64,000 bases of DNA from an uncultured Solirubrobacterales bacterium (GCA_963772265.1 CAVYWS010000007.1:9662-73661); one strand, 5' to 3'. Shown: positions 40,582 through 51,388, counted from the first letter of the stretch. The notes: generated by a model not told the origin, from the letters alone. Made by a program: numbers and translations.

Positions 40582-40993
40582 GTGCCCGAGGATTTCCTCA
40601 GCACGTTCCGTTCTCTCTACGAGCAGTCGGCCGTGGCGTTCAACGAGGGAGATCTCGACGCGGGCACTTGGCGGTCTCGCCGGATGACTTCGAGTGGCAC
40701 GCTCCCGAGGAGGACGCCGACCACAGCGTCTACCGTGGCCCGGCCGAGGTCAAGGGCTGGTTTGCAGGAGATGCAAAGCGTCTTCGACGACTGGCGCATC
40801 GAGCTGCGGGACTTCGAGCAGCTCTCGGAGACCGCGCTGCTCGTCCACCACGTCATCACGCGGCACGAGCCGCGGCGCCGGGGTGCCGGTGGAGGTGCAT
40901 ACCTATGAGGTCTGGGAGTTCGAGGGCTGCGGCCCGATCCGGGCCCGCCAATTCCTCTCGCGCGAGGCGGCACTGGCGGCCGCTACCAGCTGA
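40582..40993 (+). pseudogene. SnoaL/NTF2-like small protein gene inserted between nuoI and nuoJ, with three frame breaks (about 40665, 40764, 40861)
   Basis: Three frames join into one reading: MPEDFLSTFRSLYEQSAVAFNEGDLDAG | LAVSPDDFEWHAPEEDADHSVYRGPAEVKGWFA | QEMQSVFDDWRIELRDFEQLSETALLVHHVIT | GTSRGAGVPVEVHTYEVWEFEGCGPIRARQFLSREAALAAATS*. Confidence 0.55.
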
Positions 40994-41020
40994 GGCCAAC
41001 GCGGCGCCCGGAAGAAGCTG

Positions 41021-41617
41021 ATGGAAGCCGTCGCCTTCTTCGCCGGGGCGATCGGGGCGCTGGGAGGCGCGATCGCGGTGATCGCGCTGCGCAACCCCTT
41101 CTACAGCGTCCTCGCCCTGATCATCCACCTGGTCTCGCTCGCCGGGCTGTTCCTGATCCTGCACGCCGAGTTCGTCGCCGCCGCCCAGGTGGTCGTCTAT
41201 GCGGGGGCGGTGATGGTGCTCTACGTCTTCGTTGCCGCCTACGTCGGCAATGTCCAGGAACCGGCCTGGGAGCCGATCCCCGGCCAGCAGTTCCTCGCCC
41301 CGCTGCTGGGAGCGGCGCTGTTCGTCGAGATCTCGATCGCCGTGCTCGGCTCCTCGCTGAAGGCGCTGGACACCGGCGGCCCGACGATCCCGCTCGGCTT
41401 CGGCTCGCCCGAGGCGTTCGGGCGCCTGCTGCTCGAGCGCTTCCTGATCGCCTTCGAGGGCGCCTCGATGCTGCTGCTGATCGCCGCCGTCGGCGCGGTG
41501 GTCCTCGCCGGCCGCAGGCGCCACGACGACCGCACCGGAATGCCGCTCGAGACCGAGAGCCCCGGGCGCGGCGCGGAGGGCGTGCTGGTCCACGACCCCG
41601 AGGGCGCCTCCTACTAG
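41021..41617 (+). CDS. nuoJ: NADH-quinone oxidoreductase subunit J
   Basis: NPFYSVLALIIHLVSLAGLFLILHAEFVAAAQVVVYAGAVMVLYVF. Confidence 0.85.
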   Translation: MEAVAFFAGAIGALGGAIAVIALRNPFYSVLALIIHLVSLAGLFLILHAEFVAAAQVVVYAGAVMVLYVFVAAYVGNVQEPAWEPIPGQQFLAPLLGAALFVEISIAVLGSSLKALDTGGPTIPLGFGSPEAFGRLLLERFLIAFEGASMLLLIAAVGAVVLAGRRRHDDRTGMPLETESPGRGAEGVLVHDPEGASY

Positions 41618-41630
41618 TGGTCCCCCACTG

Positions 41631-41930
41631 ATGGACACCTCCTGGTACATCGTGCTCTCGGCGCTGCTGTTCGCGGTCGGCGCCGCCGGGGTGCTGATCC
41701 GCCGCAGCCCGCTGGTCATCCTGCTCTGCCTCGAGCTGATGCTCAACGCCGGCAACCTCGCGCTGGTCGCCTTCAGCCGCATGCTCGGCGACGCCGACGG
41801 TCAGGTCTTCGCGGTCGTGGTGATGGTCGTAGCCGCCTGCGAGGTGGTGATCGGGCTGGGGTTGATCGTGGCGATCTACCGCCGCCGCCTGCCTCTCAAC
41901 GTCGATGAGCTGCGGGGCCTGCGCGGGTGA
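41631..41930 (+). CDS. nuoK: NADH-quinone oxidoreductase subunit K
   Basis: LCLELMLNAGNLALVAF...AACEVVIGLGLIVAIYR. Confidence 0.9.
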   Translation: MDTSWYIVLSALLFAVGAAGVLIRRSPLVILLCLELMLNAGNLALVAFSRMLGDADGQVFAVVVMVVAACEVVIGLGLIVAIYRRRLPLNVDELRGLRG

Positions 41931-43936
41931 GCCCCACCACCTTCGCCTGGCTCGTCCTGCTCTTCCCGCTGCTGGGCTCGATCGTGATCGCGCTCGGCTA
42001 CCGGGTCTGGCCGGGCCGCGCCGCGGGCTGGATCGGCACCGCGGCGATCGGTCTCTCGTTTGCGGCCTCGATCGGCGCCTTCGTCTCGCTGCTGGGCCGC
42101 TCGGACTCCGAGCGCCAGCTGAGCTCGAAGCTCTGGACCTACGCCAGCGCCGCGGGCCTGCACATCAACCTCGATGTCTTCGTCGACCCGCTCTCGGTGT
42201 TCATGATCCTCGTCGTCTCCGGCGTCTCGACCCTGATCCACCTCTACTCGGTCGCCTACATGGAGTCGGATCGCGGCTACGCGCGCTTCTTCAGCCTGCT
42301 CAACTTCTTCGTCTTCTCGATGCTGCTGCTGGTCCTGGCCGGCAACTTCGTGCTGCTGATCGTCGGCTGGGCCTTCGTCGGCTTCGCCTCCTACGCCCTG
42401 ATCAGCTTCTGGTACCGGCGCGGCACCGCGGTGCGGGCCGGGATGAAGGCGTTCGTGATCAACGTCTTCGGCGACGTCGGTCTCGTCTTCGCCGCCTTTC
42501 TGATCTTTCGCGAGATCGGCGCCTTCGACTACGCGACCGTGTTCAGCCGGGCGCCGCACGAGTTCCAGACCAACGAGTGGACGATCGTGGCGATCTGCCT
42601 GCTGCTGCTCGTCGGAGCGTTCGCGAAGTCGGCGCAGCTGCCGCTCCACACCTGGCTTCCCGACGCGATGGAGGGGCCGACCCCGGTCTCGGCGCTGATC
42701 CATGCGGCGACGATGGTCACCGCCGGCGTCTATCTGATCGCCCGCACCTACCCGCTCTTCGACCTCGCCCCGACCGCCGCCGACATCGCCGCCTTCACCG
42801 GGCTGGCGACGCTTCTGGTCGCCGGCTCGATCGCGCTCGTCGTCACCGACCTGAAGCGGATCATCGCCTACTCGACGATGAGCCAGATCGGCTACATGGT
42901 CGTCGGCGTCTCGATCGGCGCCTACTCGGCGGGGCTGTTCCACCTGATGACCCACGCCTTCTTCAAGGCGCTGCTGTTCATGGCCGCCGGCTCGGTCATC
43001 GCCGCGATGGCGAACCGCCAGGACATCGACCTGATGAGCGGCTTTCGGCGCGCGATGCCGTTCACAGGAGCGATGCTGGTCGTCGGCTCGCTGGCGTTGT
43101 CGGGCTTCACCGGGACCTCGGGCTTCTTCTCCAAGGACGAGATCCTCGCCTTCGCCACCGACCGGGGCGGCATGTACTGGATCTTCACCGTCGGCGGCTA
43201 CATCGGCGCGCTGATGACCGCCGTCTACTCATTCCGGCTGGTCTTCCGGGTCCTCGGCGGCGAGGAGTGCGAGGAGGCAAAGCACCTGCGCGAGAGCGGC
43301 GAGGTCGTCCACGCCGAGCCCGAGAACCCGGCGACCGGCGAGGCCGAGGACACCGAGGTCGGCTTCCCCGGCCCGGTCCACCACATCGCCGAGCGGGCGA
43401 TGCCGATGCGGATCGCGATGGGGGCGCTCGGCTTCCTTGCCCTGTTCGGCGGCCTGTTCCAGGTGCCGGGGCTCGACGATGCGATCCACAACTTCCTCGC
43501 CCCGACCTTCGCCGCCTCGCCGTTCGAACGGATCGAGCCCTCGACCGCCGCGTCGTGGGAGGGCCTCGGGGTCGGCACCCTGATCTCGCTGCTGGGGATC
43601 TGGATCGCCTACCAGCTCTACGTGGTGCGGCCCGGCACCACGGCGAGGCTGATCGAGCGCCTGCGCGGGCTGCACGGCTTCCTCGTGCGCAAGTGGTACT
43701 TCGATGAGCTGATCGACGGCCTGGTGGTGCGGCCGGCGCAGGCGATCGGAAGCTTCTGCAACCGCACCTTCGAGCGCGTCGTCGTGCAGGGGATCGTCGC
43801 CGGCACCGTCGACGTGGTGCGCGGCGCCGGCGGCGTCGTGCGCACCGTGCAGTCGGGCTTCGTGCGCTCCTACGCCCTGCTTCTGGTCAGCGGCTTCGCC
43901 GCCCTCGCCCTCTACTTCCTGATCTCCAGCTCATGA
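41927..43936 (+). CDS. nuoL: NADH-quinone oxidoreductase subunit L
   Basis: 669 aa polytopic. Motifs AKSAQLPLHTWLPDAMEGPTPVSALIHAATMVTAGVY and HAFFKALLFMAAGSV. The GTG overlaps the nuoK TGA. Confidence 0.9.
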   Translation: MSPTTFAWLVLLFPLLGSIVIALGYRVWPGRAAGWIGTAAIGLSFAASIGAFVSLLGRSDSERQLSSKLWTYASAAGLHINLDVFVDPLSVFMILVVSGVSTLIHLYSVAYMESDRGYARFFSLLNFFVFSMLLLVLAGNFVLLIVGWAFVGFASYALISFWYRRGTAVRAGMKAFVINVFGDVGLVFAAFLIFREIGAFDYATVFSRAPHEFQTNEWTIVAICLLLLVGAFAKSAQLPLHTWLPDAMEGPTPVSALIHAATMVTAGVYLIARTYPLFDLAPTAADIAAFTGLATLLVAGSIALVVTDLKRIIAYSTMSQIGYMVVGVSIGAYSAGLFHLMTHAFFKALLFMAAGSVIAAMANRQDIDLMSGFRRAMPFTGAMLVVGSLALSGFTGTSGFFSKDEILAFATDRGGMYWIFTVGGYIGALMTAVYSFRLVFRVLGGEECEEAKHLRESGEVVHAEPENPATGEAEDTEVGFPGPVHHIAERAMPMRIAMGALGFLALFGGLFQVPGLDDAIHNFLAPTFAASPFERIEPSTAASWEGLGVGTLISLLGIWIAYQLYVVRPGTTARLIERLRGLHGFLVRKWYFDELIDGLVVRPAQAIGSFCNRTFERVVVQGIVAGTVDVVRGAGGVVRTVQSGFVRSYALLLVSGFAALALYFLISSS

Positions 43937-45426
43937 TCAACTCGGTCCTCTGGACACCCCTGATCTTCGGCGTCCTCGCGCTGTTGGTCCCGCGGCGCTT
44001 CAGCGGATGGGTGGCGACCCTGGGCGCCGCCGTCACCCTGGGCCTGGCGATCGCCCTGCTGGCAGGGTTCGACAGCGGTCGCGGGCTGCAGGACACGACC
44101 GACGTCGCCTGGATCTCGGGGCTGGGCGTGCGCTACAGCCTCGGGATCGACGGGCTCAACGTCTTCCTGATGATGCTGACCGCGGTCCTCTGGCTGCCGG
44201 CGATCGGCTACTCGGCGCTGCGCGAGCCGGATCGTCCGCCGACCTACTTCCTGATGCTGGCGCTGGGCGAGACGGCGACGCTGGGCGCGTTCTTGGCCCA
44301 GGACCTGCTGCTCTTCGTCCTCTTCTTCGACCTGATGCTGGTCCCGTTCTACTTCCTGTTCGGGGTCTGGGGCGAGGACCACCCCGACGGCGTGCGCGCC
44401 TCCGCCGCGACCCTGAAGATGATCATCTACACGCTGGTCGGCTCGCTGCTGATGCTGGTTGCGGCGATCGCGACCGCGATCCTCGCCGCCGACGGCGGCC
44501 CGGTCAGCTTCTCGATCGCCGACCTGCAGCAGCACGTGCTCTCCAGCGGCAGCCAGTACTGGATCTTCTGGTTCTTCGCCGCGGCCTTCCTGGTCAAGAT
44601 GCCGGCCTTCCTGCTGCACGGCTGGATGCCCGACGCCTACCGGGCGGCACCGCTGCCGGCGCTGGCCGTCTTCTCCGGCGTGCTGGCCAAGGTCGGCGCC
44701 TACGGCTTCCTGCGCATCGTGCTGCCGCTCTTCCCCGACGCGACGATCCACTTCCAGGAGGTCGTGCTGGTGATCGCCCTGGCCTCGATCCTCTACGGGT
44801 CGGTGATGGCGTTCACGCAGACCAACGTGCGGCTGATCGCCGGCTACTCATCGGTCGCCCAGCTCGGCTTCATCACCGCCGGGATCTTCGCCCTGCGCCC
44901 CGACGGCGCCAACGGGGCGCTGCTGCAGATGGTCAACCACGGGCTGGTGGTGGCGCCGATCATCCTCGTGATCGCGGTGCTGGCCGAGCGGGCCGGGACC
45001 GAGGACCTGCGCGAGCTGGGCGGCGAGGCGCTGCGGGCACCGCTGCTGGCGGCGCTGTTCCTGATCGTCGCCCTGGCCACCCTGGCGATGCCCGGGTCGG
45101 CCAACTTCATCGGCGAGTTCTTCATCCTCAACGGCCTCTTCCAGGCGAAGATCGTCTTCGCCTTCGTCGCCGGCTCGGGGATCGTGATGTCCGCCTATTA
45201 CGCGCTGCGGCTCTACCAGCGCACGATGCACGGCCGCAAGCCCGAGCGGGTCGAGTCGCGCGACCTCGGCCTGGGCGAGGCCGCCGTGCTGACGCCGCTG
45301 GTCGCCTGCATCGTCGCCCTCGCCTTCTACCCGCAGCTGATCCTGCACCGGACCGATCGCTCGGCCAGCGCCAGCGTCAGCTCCGTGCAGTCCGCCCCGG
45401 CTCCCCAGACCCTCGCCAGACGATGA
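43933..45426 (+). CDS. nuoM: NADH-quinone oxidoreductase subunit M
   Basis: VKMPAFLLHGWMPDAYRAAPLPALAVFSGVLAKVGAYG. ATGA overlap with nuoL. Confidence 0.9.
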   Translation: MINSVLWTPLIFGVLALLVPRRFSGWVATLGAAVTLGLAIALLAGFDSGRGLQDTTDVAWISGLGVRYSLGIDGLNVFLMMLTAVLWLPAIGYSALREPDRPPTYFLMLALGETATLGAFLAQDLLLFVLFFDLMLVPFYFLFGVWGEDHPDGVRASAATLKMIIYTLVGSLLMLVAAIATAILAADGGPVSFSIADLQQHVLSSGSQYWIFWFFAAAFLVKMPAFLLHGWMPDAYRAAPLPALAVFSGVLAKVGAYGFLRIVLPLFPDATIHFQEVVLVIALASILYGSVMAFTQTNVRLIAGYSSVAQLGFITAGIFALRPDGANGALLQMVNHGLVVAPIILVIAVLAERAGTEDLRELGGEALRAPLLAALFLIVALATLAMPGSANFIGEFFILNGLFQAKIVFAFVAGSGIVMSAYYALRLYQRTMHGRKPERVESRDLGLGEAAVLTPLVACIVALAFYPQLILHRTDRSASASVSSVQSAPAPQTLARR

Positions 45427-46940
45427 ACTTCAACGCCCCCGAGATCGATTACTCCGGCCTCTCCCCGATCATCGCCCTGACCGCGGGGATCTGCGTGGTG
45501 CTGCTGGCGGGCGTCTTCGAGCGGGTCCGCAGGGGGGTGCCGCTGCTGACCCTGATCGTGCTCGCGATCACCGCCGTGCGGCTGATCCTGCAGTGGGGCG
45601 ACCGCAGCCGATCTCGTTTCCGGCGCCCTGCGGCTCGACGAGCTGGCGGTCGCGGTGGCGCTGATCGCCGATATTCGCGGCCGCGGTCACGGTGGTTCTC
45701 TCGATCGACGAGCCGGCGGTCGAGCAGGCCGGAAGCGGCGAGTACCACGCCCTGCTGCTCGCCTCGGTGCTGGGGATGTCGCTGCTGGCCGCGGCGCAGA
45801 ACCTGATCAGCTTCTTCGTCGCGATCGAGACCCTCTCGATCCCGCTCTACGTCCTCTGCGCGACCAACCTGCGGCGCGAGAAGTCGCTCGAGGCCGGGCT
45901 CAAGTATCTGATCATCGGCTCGCTCGGCTCGGCGACCCTGCTCTACGGCCTTGCCTTCATCTACGGGGGCTCCGGCTCGACCGACTTCACCGGCATCGCC
46001 CAGGGGATCGGCAAGTCCGGGGTGCTCGGCGACCCGCTGGTTCTGATGGGGATCGCGCTCGCCGCCACCGGGCTCGCCTTCAAGATCTCGATCGCGCCGT
46101 TCCACCAGTGGACCCCTGACGTCTACGAGGGCGCCCCGACCCCGATCACCTCGTTCATGGCAGTCGCCACCAAGGCGGCCGCGTTCGCGGTCTTCGTCCG
46201 CTTCTTCGACGTCGCGCTGGCTCCCGAATCGGGCGACTGGGACGTCGCGCTGGCGGTGCTGGCCGCGGTCTCGATCGCGGTCGGCAACATCGGGGCGCTG
46301 AACCAGGACTCGTTGAAGCGGATGCTCGGCTACTCCGGCGTCGCCCAGGCCGGCTACATGCTCGGCGGACTGGTGGTCGCCTCGGAGGCCGGGGTCAACG
46401 CGCTGGTCTTCTACCTCGCCGTCTACACGCTGATGAACATCGCCGCCTTCGCGGTGATCATCGCCCGCGAGCGCGAGACCCCCTACGGCGACGACATCCG
46501 CTCGGTCCAGGGCCTCGGCGCCGAGCGGCCGCTGCTCGCCTGGCCGCTGACGATCTCGATGCTGGCGCTCGCCGGGCTGCCGGCGACCTCGGGCTTCATG
46601 GGCAAGCTGTTCTTGATCGAGGCGCTGGTCGACGGCGACTACACCTGGCTCGGGGTGGCGATCGCGATCGGCACGATGGTCTCGCTGGCCTACTACCTGC
46701 GGGTCGTGGCGGCGATCTGGATGCGGCCGGAGACCGAGGTCGCGGCTCCGACCGAGATGCCGGCGATCGCCGGCGCCTCGCCGGAGACGGACCCGATCGA
46801 TCCCGACGCCGGCGGCCGCCCCTACCTCGTCGGCCCGGCGCTGCTCGCCGCGGGCGCGACGGTCTTCTTCGGCGTCATCCCGCAGCCGCTGGTCGCCTGG
46901 GCCGAGCACGCCGGGGTCGGCGCTGGCGCAGTTCCTCTAG
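45423..46940 (+). CDS. nuoN: NADH-quinone oxidoreductase subunit N; frame breaks near 45609, 45673 and probably in a G4 run near 46913-46916
   Basis: The reading joins as MNFNAPEIDYSGLSPIIALTAG... | DLVSGALRLDELAVAVALIAD | FAAAVTVVLSIDEPAVEQAGSGEYHALLL.... The core FKISIAPFHQWTPDVYEGAPTPITSFMAV is present. The listed 40-codon tail to 47026 has only ~58% GC3. The alternate frame ends ...AEHAG|SALAQFL* at 46940 with all third positions G/C. Confidence 0.8.
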
Positions 46941-47022
46941 GCGCTGGCAGTTCGCTGACAGGCCCCGTCGCTGCCTCGGCGTACAATCGACCGAGGACGG
47001 GTGTTGAGCCCGCCGGAGAGAT

Positions 47023-48865
47023 TTGAGCAAAGTCCTCGAAGAGAAAGAGCGGGTCATCGTCCGCTTTGCCGGCGATTCGGGCGATGGCATACAACTCGCC
47101 GGCAACCGGTTCGCCGCGGCCACCGCGCTGATCGGCAACGACCTGGTCACGCTGCCGGACTTCCCGGCCGAGATCCGGGCCCCCGCCGGGACGCTCGCCG
47201 GCGTGTCGGCCTTCCAGATCCACTTCGCCTCGCGCGACATCCTCACGCCCGGCGGCCGGCCCAACGCGCTGGTGGCGATGAACCCGGCGGCGCTGAAGGT
47301 GAACCTGGGCGAGATCGAGAGCGGCGGGATCCTGATCCTCAACGAGGACGGGTTCACGAAGGCCAACCTGACCAAGGCCGGGTACGAGGGCAACCCGCTC
47401 GAGGACGGCACGCTCGACGACTACCAGGTCTTCCGGGTGCCGATGACCTCGATGACCGTGCGCGCCACCGAGGGCATCGACGGGATCACGCTCGCGGGAG
47501 GCGGCACGATCGAAGAACTTCTTCGCCCTCGGCCTGGTCTCCTGGATGTACAGCCGCCCGGTCGAGGTGACCGTGCGCTGGATCGAGGAGAAGTTCGGGT
47601 CCTCGCCGACGCGTCCTGCAGGCGAACCTGGCTGCCTTCCGCGCCGGCTACAACTTCGGCGAGACGGCCGAGCTGCTCCAGGTCCACTACGAGGTCAAGC
47701 CGGCTCCCGCCGCAGCCCGGCACCTACCGGGGCGTCAACGGCACGACCGCGACCGCGCTGGGACTGATCGCCGCCAGCGTGCGCAGCGGCCTGCCCCTGT
47801 TCCTGGCCAGCTACCCGATCACCCCGGCCTCGGAGCTGCTGCACGAGCTCTCGCGCCACAAGCGCTTCGGGGTGCGCACGGTGCAGGCCGAGGACGAGAT
47901 CGCGGCCTCGAACATGGCGCTCGGGGCCTCCTTCGGCGGTCAGCTCGGGGTCACGGTCACCAGCGGCCCGGGGATGGACCTCAAGGCGGAGACGATCGGC
48001 CTCGCCGTGATGCTGGAGCTGCCCCTGCTGGTGATCGACACCCAGCGGGCCGGGCCCTCGACCGGGATGCCGACCAAGACCGAGGCCGCCGACCTGCTGA
48101 TGGCGATCCACGGCCGCCACGGCGAGTCGCCGTTGCCGGTGATCGCCGCCTCGACGCCGGCCCAATGCTTCGAGGCGGTCCTGGAGTCGGTGCGCATCGC
48201 GATCCGTTACCGGACGCCGGTGATCCTGCTCTCCGACACCTTCCTCGCCAACTCGTCGGAACCCTGGCGGCTCCCTGACGCCGCCGACCTGCAGCCGATC
48301 GACCCCGGATTCGCCAGCGCGCCCGAACCGCGACGGGGCTGTTCTGGCCCTACGTGCGCGACGAGCGGCTGGCCCGGCCGTGGGCGGTGCCGGGAACCAA
48401 GGGCCTGCAGCACGTGATCGGCGGCCTGGAGAAGGAGGAGGGGACCGGCCACGTCAGCTACGAGGCCGAGAACCACGCCCGGATGACCCGCCTGCGCGCC
48501 GAGAAGGTGGCCGGGATCGCGGACGACATCCCCGATCTCGAGGTCGACCACGAGGAGGGCGCCGAGCTGCTGGTGCTCGGCTGGGGCTCGACCTACGGCG
48601 CGGTCAAGGGCGCCGTGCGGCGCGTGCGCCTGCAGGGGAAGAGGGTCGCATTCGGCCCACCTTCACCACCTCAACCCGCTGCCCCGCAACACCGGCGAGG
48701 TCGTGCGCGCCTACCGCAAGGTCCTGATCCCCGAGGTCAACACCGGCCAGCTCTCGAAGATCATCCGGGCCGAGTTCCTGGTCGACGCGATCAGCTACTG
48801 CAAGGTGGAGGGCCTGCCGATCTTCGCCGAGGAGCTCGACGAGGTGATCCTCGGAGCAACTATGA
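47023..48865 (+). pseudogene. korA: 2-oxoacid:ferredoxin oxidoreductase alpha subunit (KorA-type), with about six frame breaks (about 47494, 47612, 47715, 48333, 48654, 48853)
   Basis: PDFPAEIRAPAGT, KNFFALGLVSWMYSRPVEVTVRWIEEKF, VLQANLAAFRAGYNFGETAE, YPITPASELLHEL, GLFWPYVRDERLARPWAVPGT and AHLHHLNPLPRNTGEVV lie in alternating frames. The reconstructed end ...DEVIL|EQL* overlaps the korB ATG (ATGA). Confidence 0.75.
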
Positions 48866-49919
48866 GCGAGCAGTCGACAAACGGCGCGCCGGGCGGCAAC
48901 GGGGCCGCGGCGGTCGCGACCCTGACCAAGAAGGACTTCGCCTCCGACCAGGAGACCCGCTGGTGCCCGGGCTGCGGCGACTACGCGATCCTCGCCACCG
49001 TGCAGCAGTTCCTGCCCGAGCTGGGGCTGCCGCCGGAGCGGATCGTCTTGTCGCCGGGATCGGCTGCGCCGGGCGCTTCGCCTACTACATGAACACCTAC
49101 GGCGTGCACGGCATCCACGGCCGCGCGCCGGCGCTCGCCACCGGCCTCGCAGTCGCCCGCCCCGACCTCTCGATCTGGGTCGTGAGCGGCGACGGCGACG
49201 CGCTCTCGATCGGCGGCAACCATCTGATCCACGCCCTGCGCCGCAACGTCCCGATCAAGATCCTGCTGTTCAACAACCAGATCTACGGCCTCACGAAGGG
49301 CCAGTACTCGCCGACCAGCGAGGAGGGCAAGGTCACCAAGTCGACGCCGTTCGGCTCGCTCGACCATCCCTTCAACCCGATCGCGCTCGCGCTCGGCGCC
49401 GGCGCCACCTTCGCGGCGCGCACGGTGGACACCGACCGCGAGCACGAGGCCGAGGTCCTGCGCGCCGCCGCCGCGCACAAGGGCTCGGCCTTGATCGAGA
49501 TCTACCAGAACTGCAACGTCTTCAACGACGGCGCATTCGACGCCGTGCGGGGCAAGGGCAAGGCCGAGAACCAGATCCGGCTCGAGCACGGCGAGCCGAT
49601 CCGGTTCGGCGCCGAGCTCGAGCGCGGCGTCGTCCGCGGGCGCGGACGGCAAGCTGAGCATCTCCGACGGCGCCCGGGGACCGAGGGCGACGGCCTGCTC
49701 GTGCACGACGCCCACGACCCCAACCCCAGCCACGCCTTCTCCCTCGCCCACCTCAGCGAGCGGCCCAACGGCCCCACCCCGATCGGGGTCTTCCGCGACG
49801 TGGAGCGCCCCGTCTACGGGGAGTCCACGGCTCCCGAGCTGGCCGAAGCCCACGAGGCCTCGGGCACCGAGGAGCTGGACGCGCTGCTTCGCTCCGGCGA
49901 CACCTGGACCGTCGAGTAG
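48862..49919 (+). pseudogene. korB: 2-oxoacid:ferredoxin oxidoreductase beta subunit (KorB-type), with about three frame breaks (about 49049, 49640, 49679)
   Basis: WCPGCGDYAIL in one frame. (F)VAGIGCAGRFAYYMNTYGVHGIHGRAPA and the TPP motif SGDGDALSIGGNHLIHALRRN are in the next. A short stretch reads better as ADGKLSISDGARG in a third frame. Confidence 0.75.
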
Positions 49920-49959
49920 GCTGTGCCGGCTCCGCCGGCGCCCTACGTAGCATCGGTCC

Positions 49960-51388
49960 GTGGCCGATCCGCTCGACCGAGAAGGAGCAGCTGACCGAAG
50001 CACTGCGGATCGCGTCCGCCGAGGCTCAGCGCTACCTGGAGCAGATCGACTCCGAGCCCGTCCTGCGGCCCGGCGCCGAGGAGGCGATCCGGGGCTGGAG
50101 CGACCCGATGCCCGAGCAGGGAGACGGCACGCTGGCCGCGGTCGCCGAGCTGGTCGGAGCGGGGCGGCAGGCCGCAACCCGCTCCAGCGGGCCGCGCTTC
50201 TTTCACTTCGTCATGGGCGGAGGCACGCCGGCGGCGCTGGCGGCGGACTGGCTGACCTCGGCCTACGACCAGGTCGCCTTCGGCTGGGCCTCCTCCCCGC
50301 TCGGGTCGCGCCTCGAGCAGGTCGCCACCGACTGGCTGCGCCAGCTCTTCGAGCTGCCCGAGGAATTCGGCGGCGTGCTGACCAGCGGCGCGACGATGGC
50401 CAACTTCGTCGCCCTCGCCGCGGCCCGCAACTGGTGGGCGGAGCAGCGTGGCGTCGACGTCGAGCGGGCCGGCCTCTCCGATCTGCCGGCCCCGGCGATC
50501 CTCAGCAGCGGCTACATCCACCCGAGCGCCGTGCAGGCGATCGGGATGCTCGGGCTCGGCCAGGGAAACGTCGAGCGACTGGCGAGCGACGCCGCGGGTC
50601 GCCTCGACGCCGACGCCCTGGAACGGCGCCTCGGCGAGCTCGAGGGGCCGGCGATCATCGTCGCCAACGCCGGCGAGGTGAACGCCGGCGACTTCGACCC
50701 GATCGCCGCGATGGCCGACCTCGCCGAGCAGCACGGCGCCTGGCTTCACGTCGACGGCGCCTTCGGGCTCTTCGCCCGCCTCGCGCCCGAGTCGCGTCAT
50801 CTCTGCGAGGGAGTCGAGCGCGCCGACTCGGTGATCGCCGACGGCCACAAGTGGCTCAACGTCCCCTATGACTGCGGCTTTGCCTTCGTACGCGACGCCG
50901 GGCGGCTCTCGCGCTCCTTCAACGTCGGCGCCCCCTACCTGCCCTCCCCGGACGACCCGCGGCCCAACCCCGGCTTCCTGGCCCCGGAGAACTCGCGGCG
51001 GGCGCGGGCGCTGGCGGTCTGGGCGACGCTGCGCGCCTACGGCCGCGACGGCCACCGGGCCATGGTCGAGCGCCATCTCGCGATCGCCCGCCACCTGGGA
51101 CAGCGGGTGGACGACGCGGCCGAGCTCGAGCGGCTCGCCGACGTGCAGCTCAACATCGTCTGCTTCCGGGCGCATCCGGAGGGGATCGACGAGGCGGAGC
51201 TGGACGAGCTCAACCGCGCGCTCGGCGAGGATCTGCTGCGCGACGGCCGGGTGTTCGCCGGGACGACCACCTACGACGGGCACGTCGCCTTCCGCCCGGC
51301 GATCGTCAACTGGCGCACCCGCGAGGAGGACGTCGACGCGCTGGTCGACGTGCTGCTGGAGCTGCTCGCGGCGCGGCTGGGGAATTGA
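49960..51388 (+). CDS. PLP-dependent (group II) decarboxylase-like protein; frame break near 49978
   Basis: TSGATMANFVALAAAR, HVDGAFG and DGHKWLNVPYDCG (PLP Lys). Coding-like sequence (EKEQLTEALRIASAEAQRYLEQIDSEPVLRPG...) extends upstream of ATG 50108 with no in-frame start. GTG 49960 (MADPLD) lies in the adjacent frame. Confidence 0.7.

Noticed and set aside
46941-47026. TTGA overlap between the long nuoN ORF stop (47024-47026) and the korA TTG start, suggesting translational coupling.
   Set aside because: The last 40 codons of that ORF have non-coding-like third positions. A high-GC3 alternate frame ends at 46940, so the overlap is probably coincidental.
48703-49092. Apparent read-through fusing the KorA C-terminus to the KorB N-terminus (no stop before MSEQSTNG).
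   Set aside because: A one-base shift at about 48853 gives ...DEVILEQL* with the TGA overlapping the korB ATG (ATGA), and a GGAG RBS sits in place. A frame break is more parsimonious than a fusion protein.
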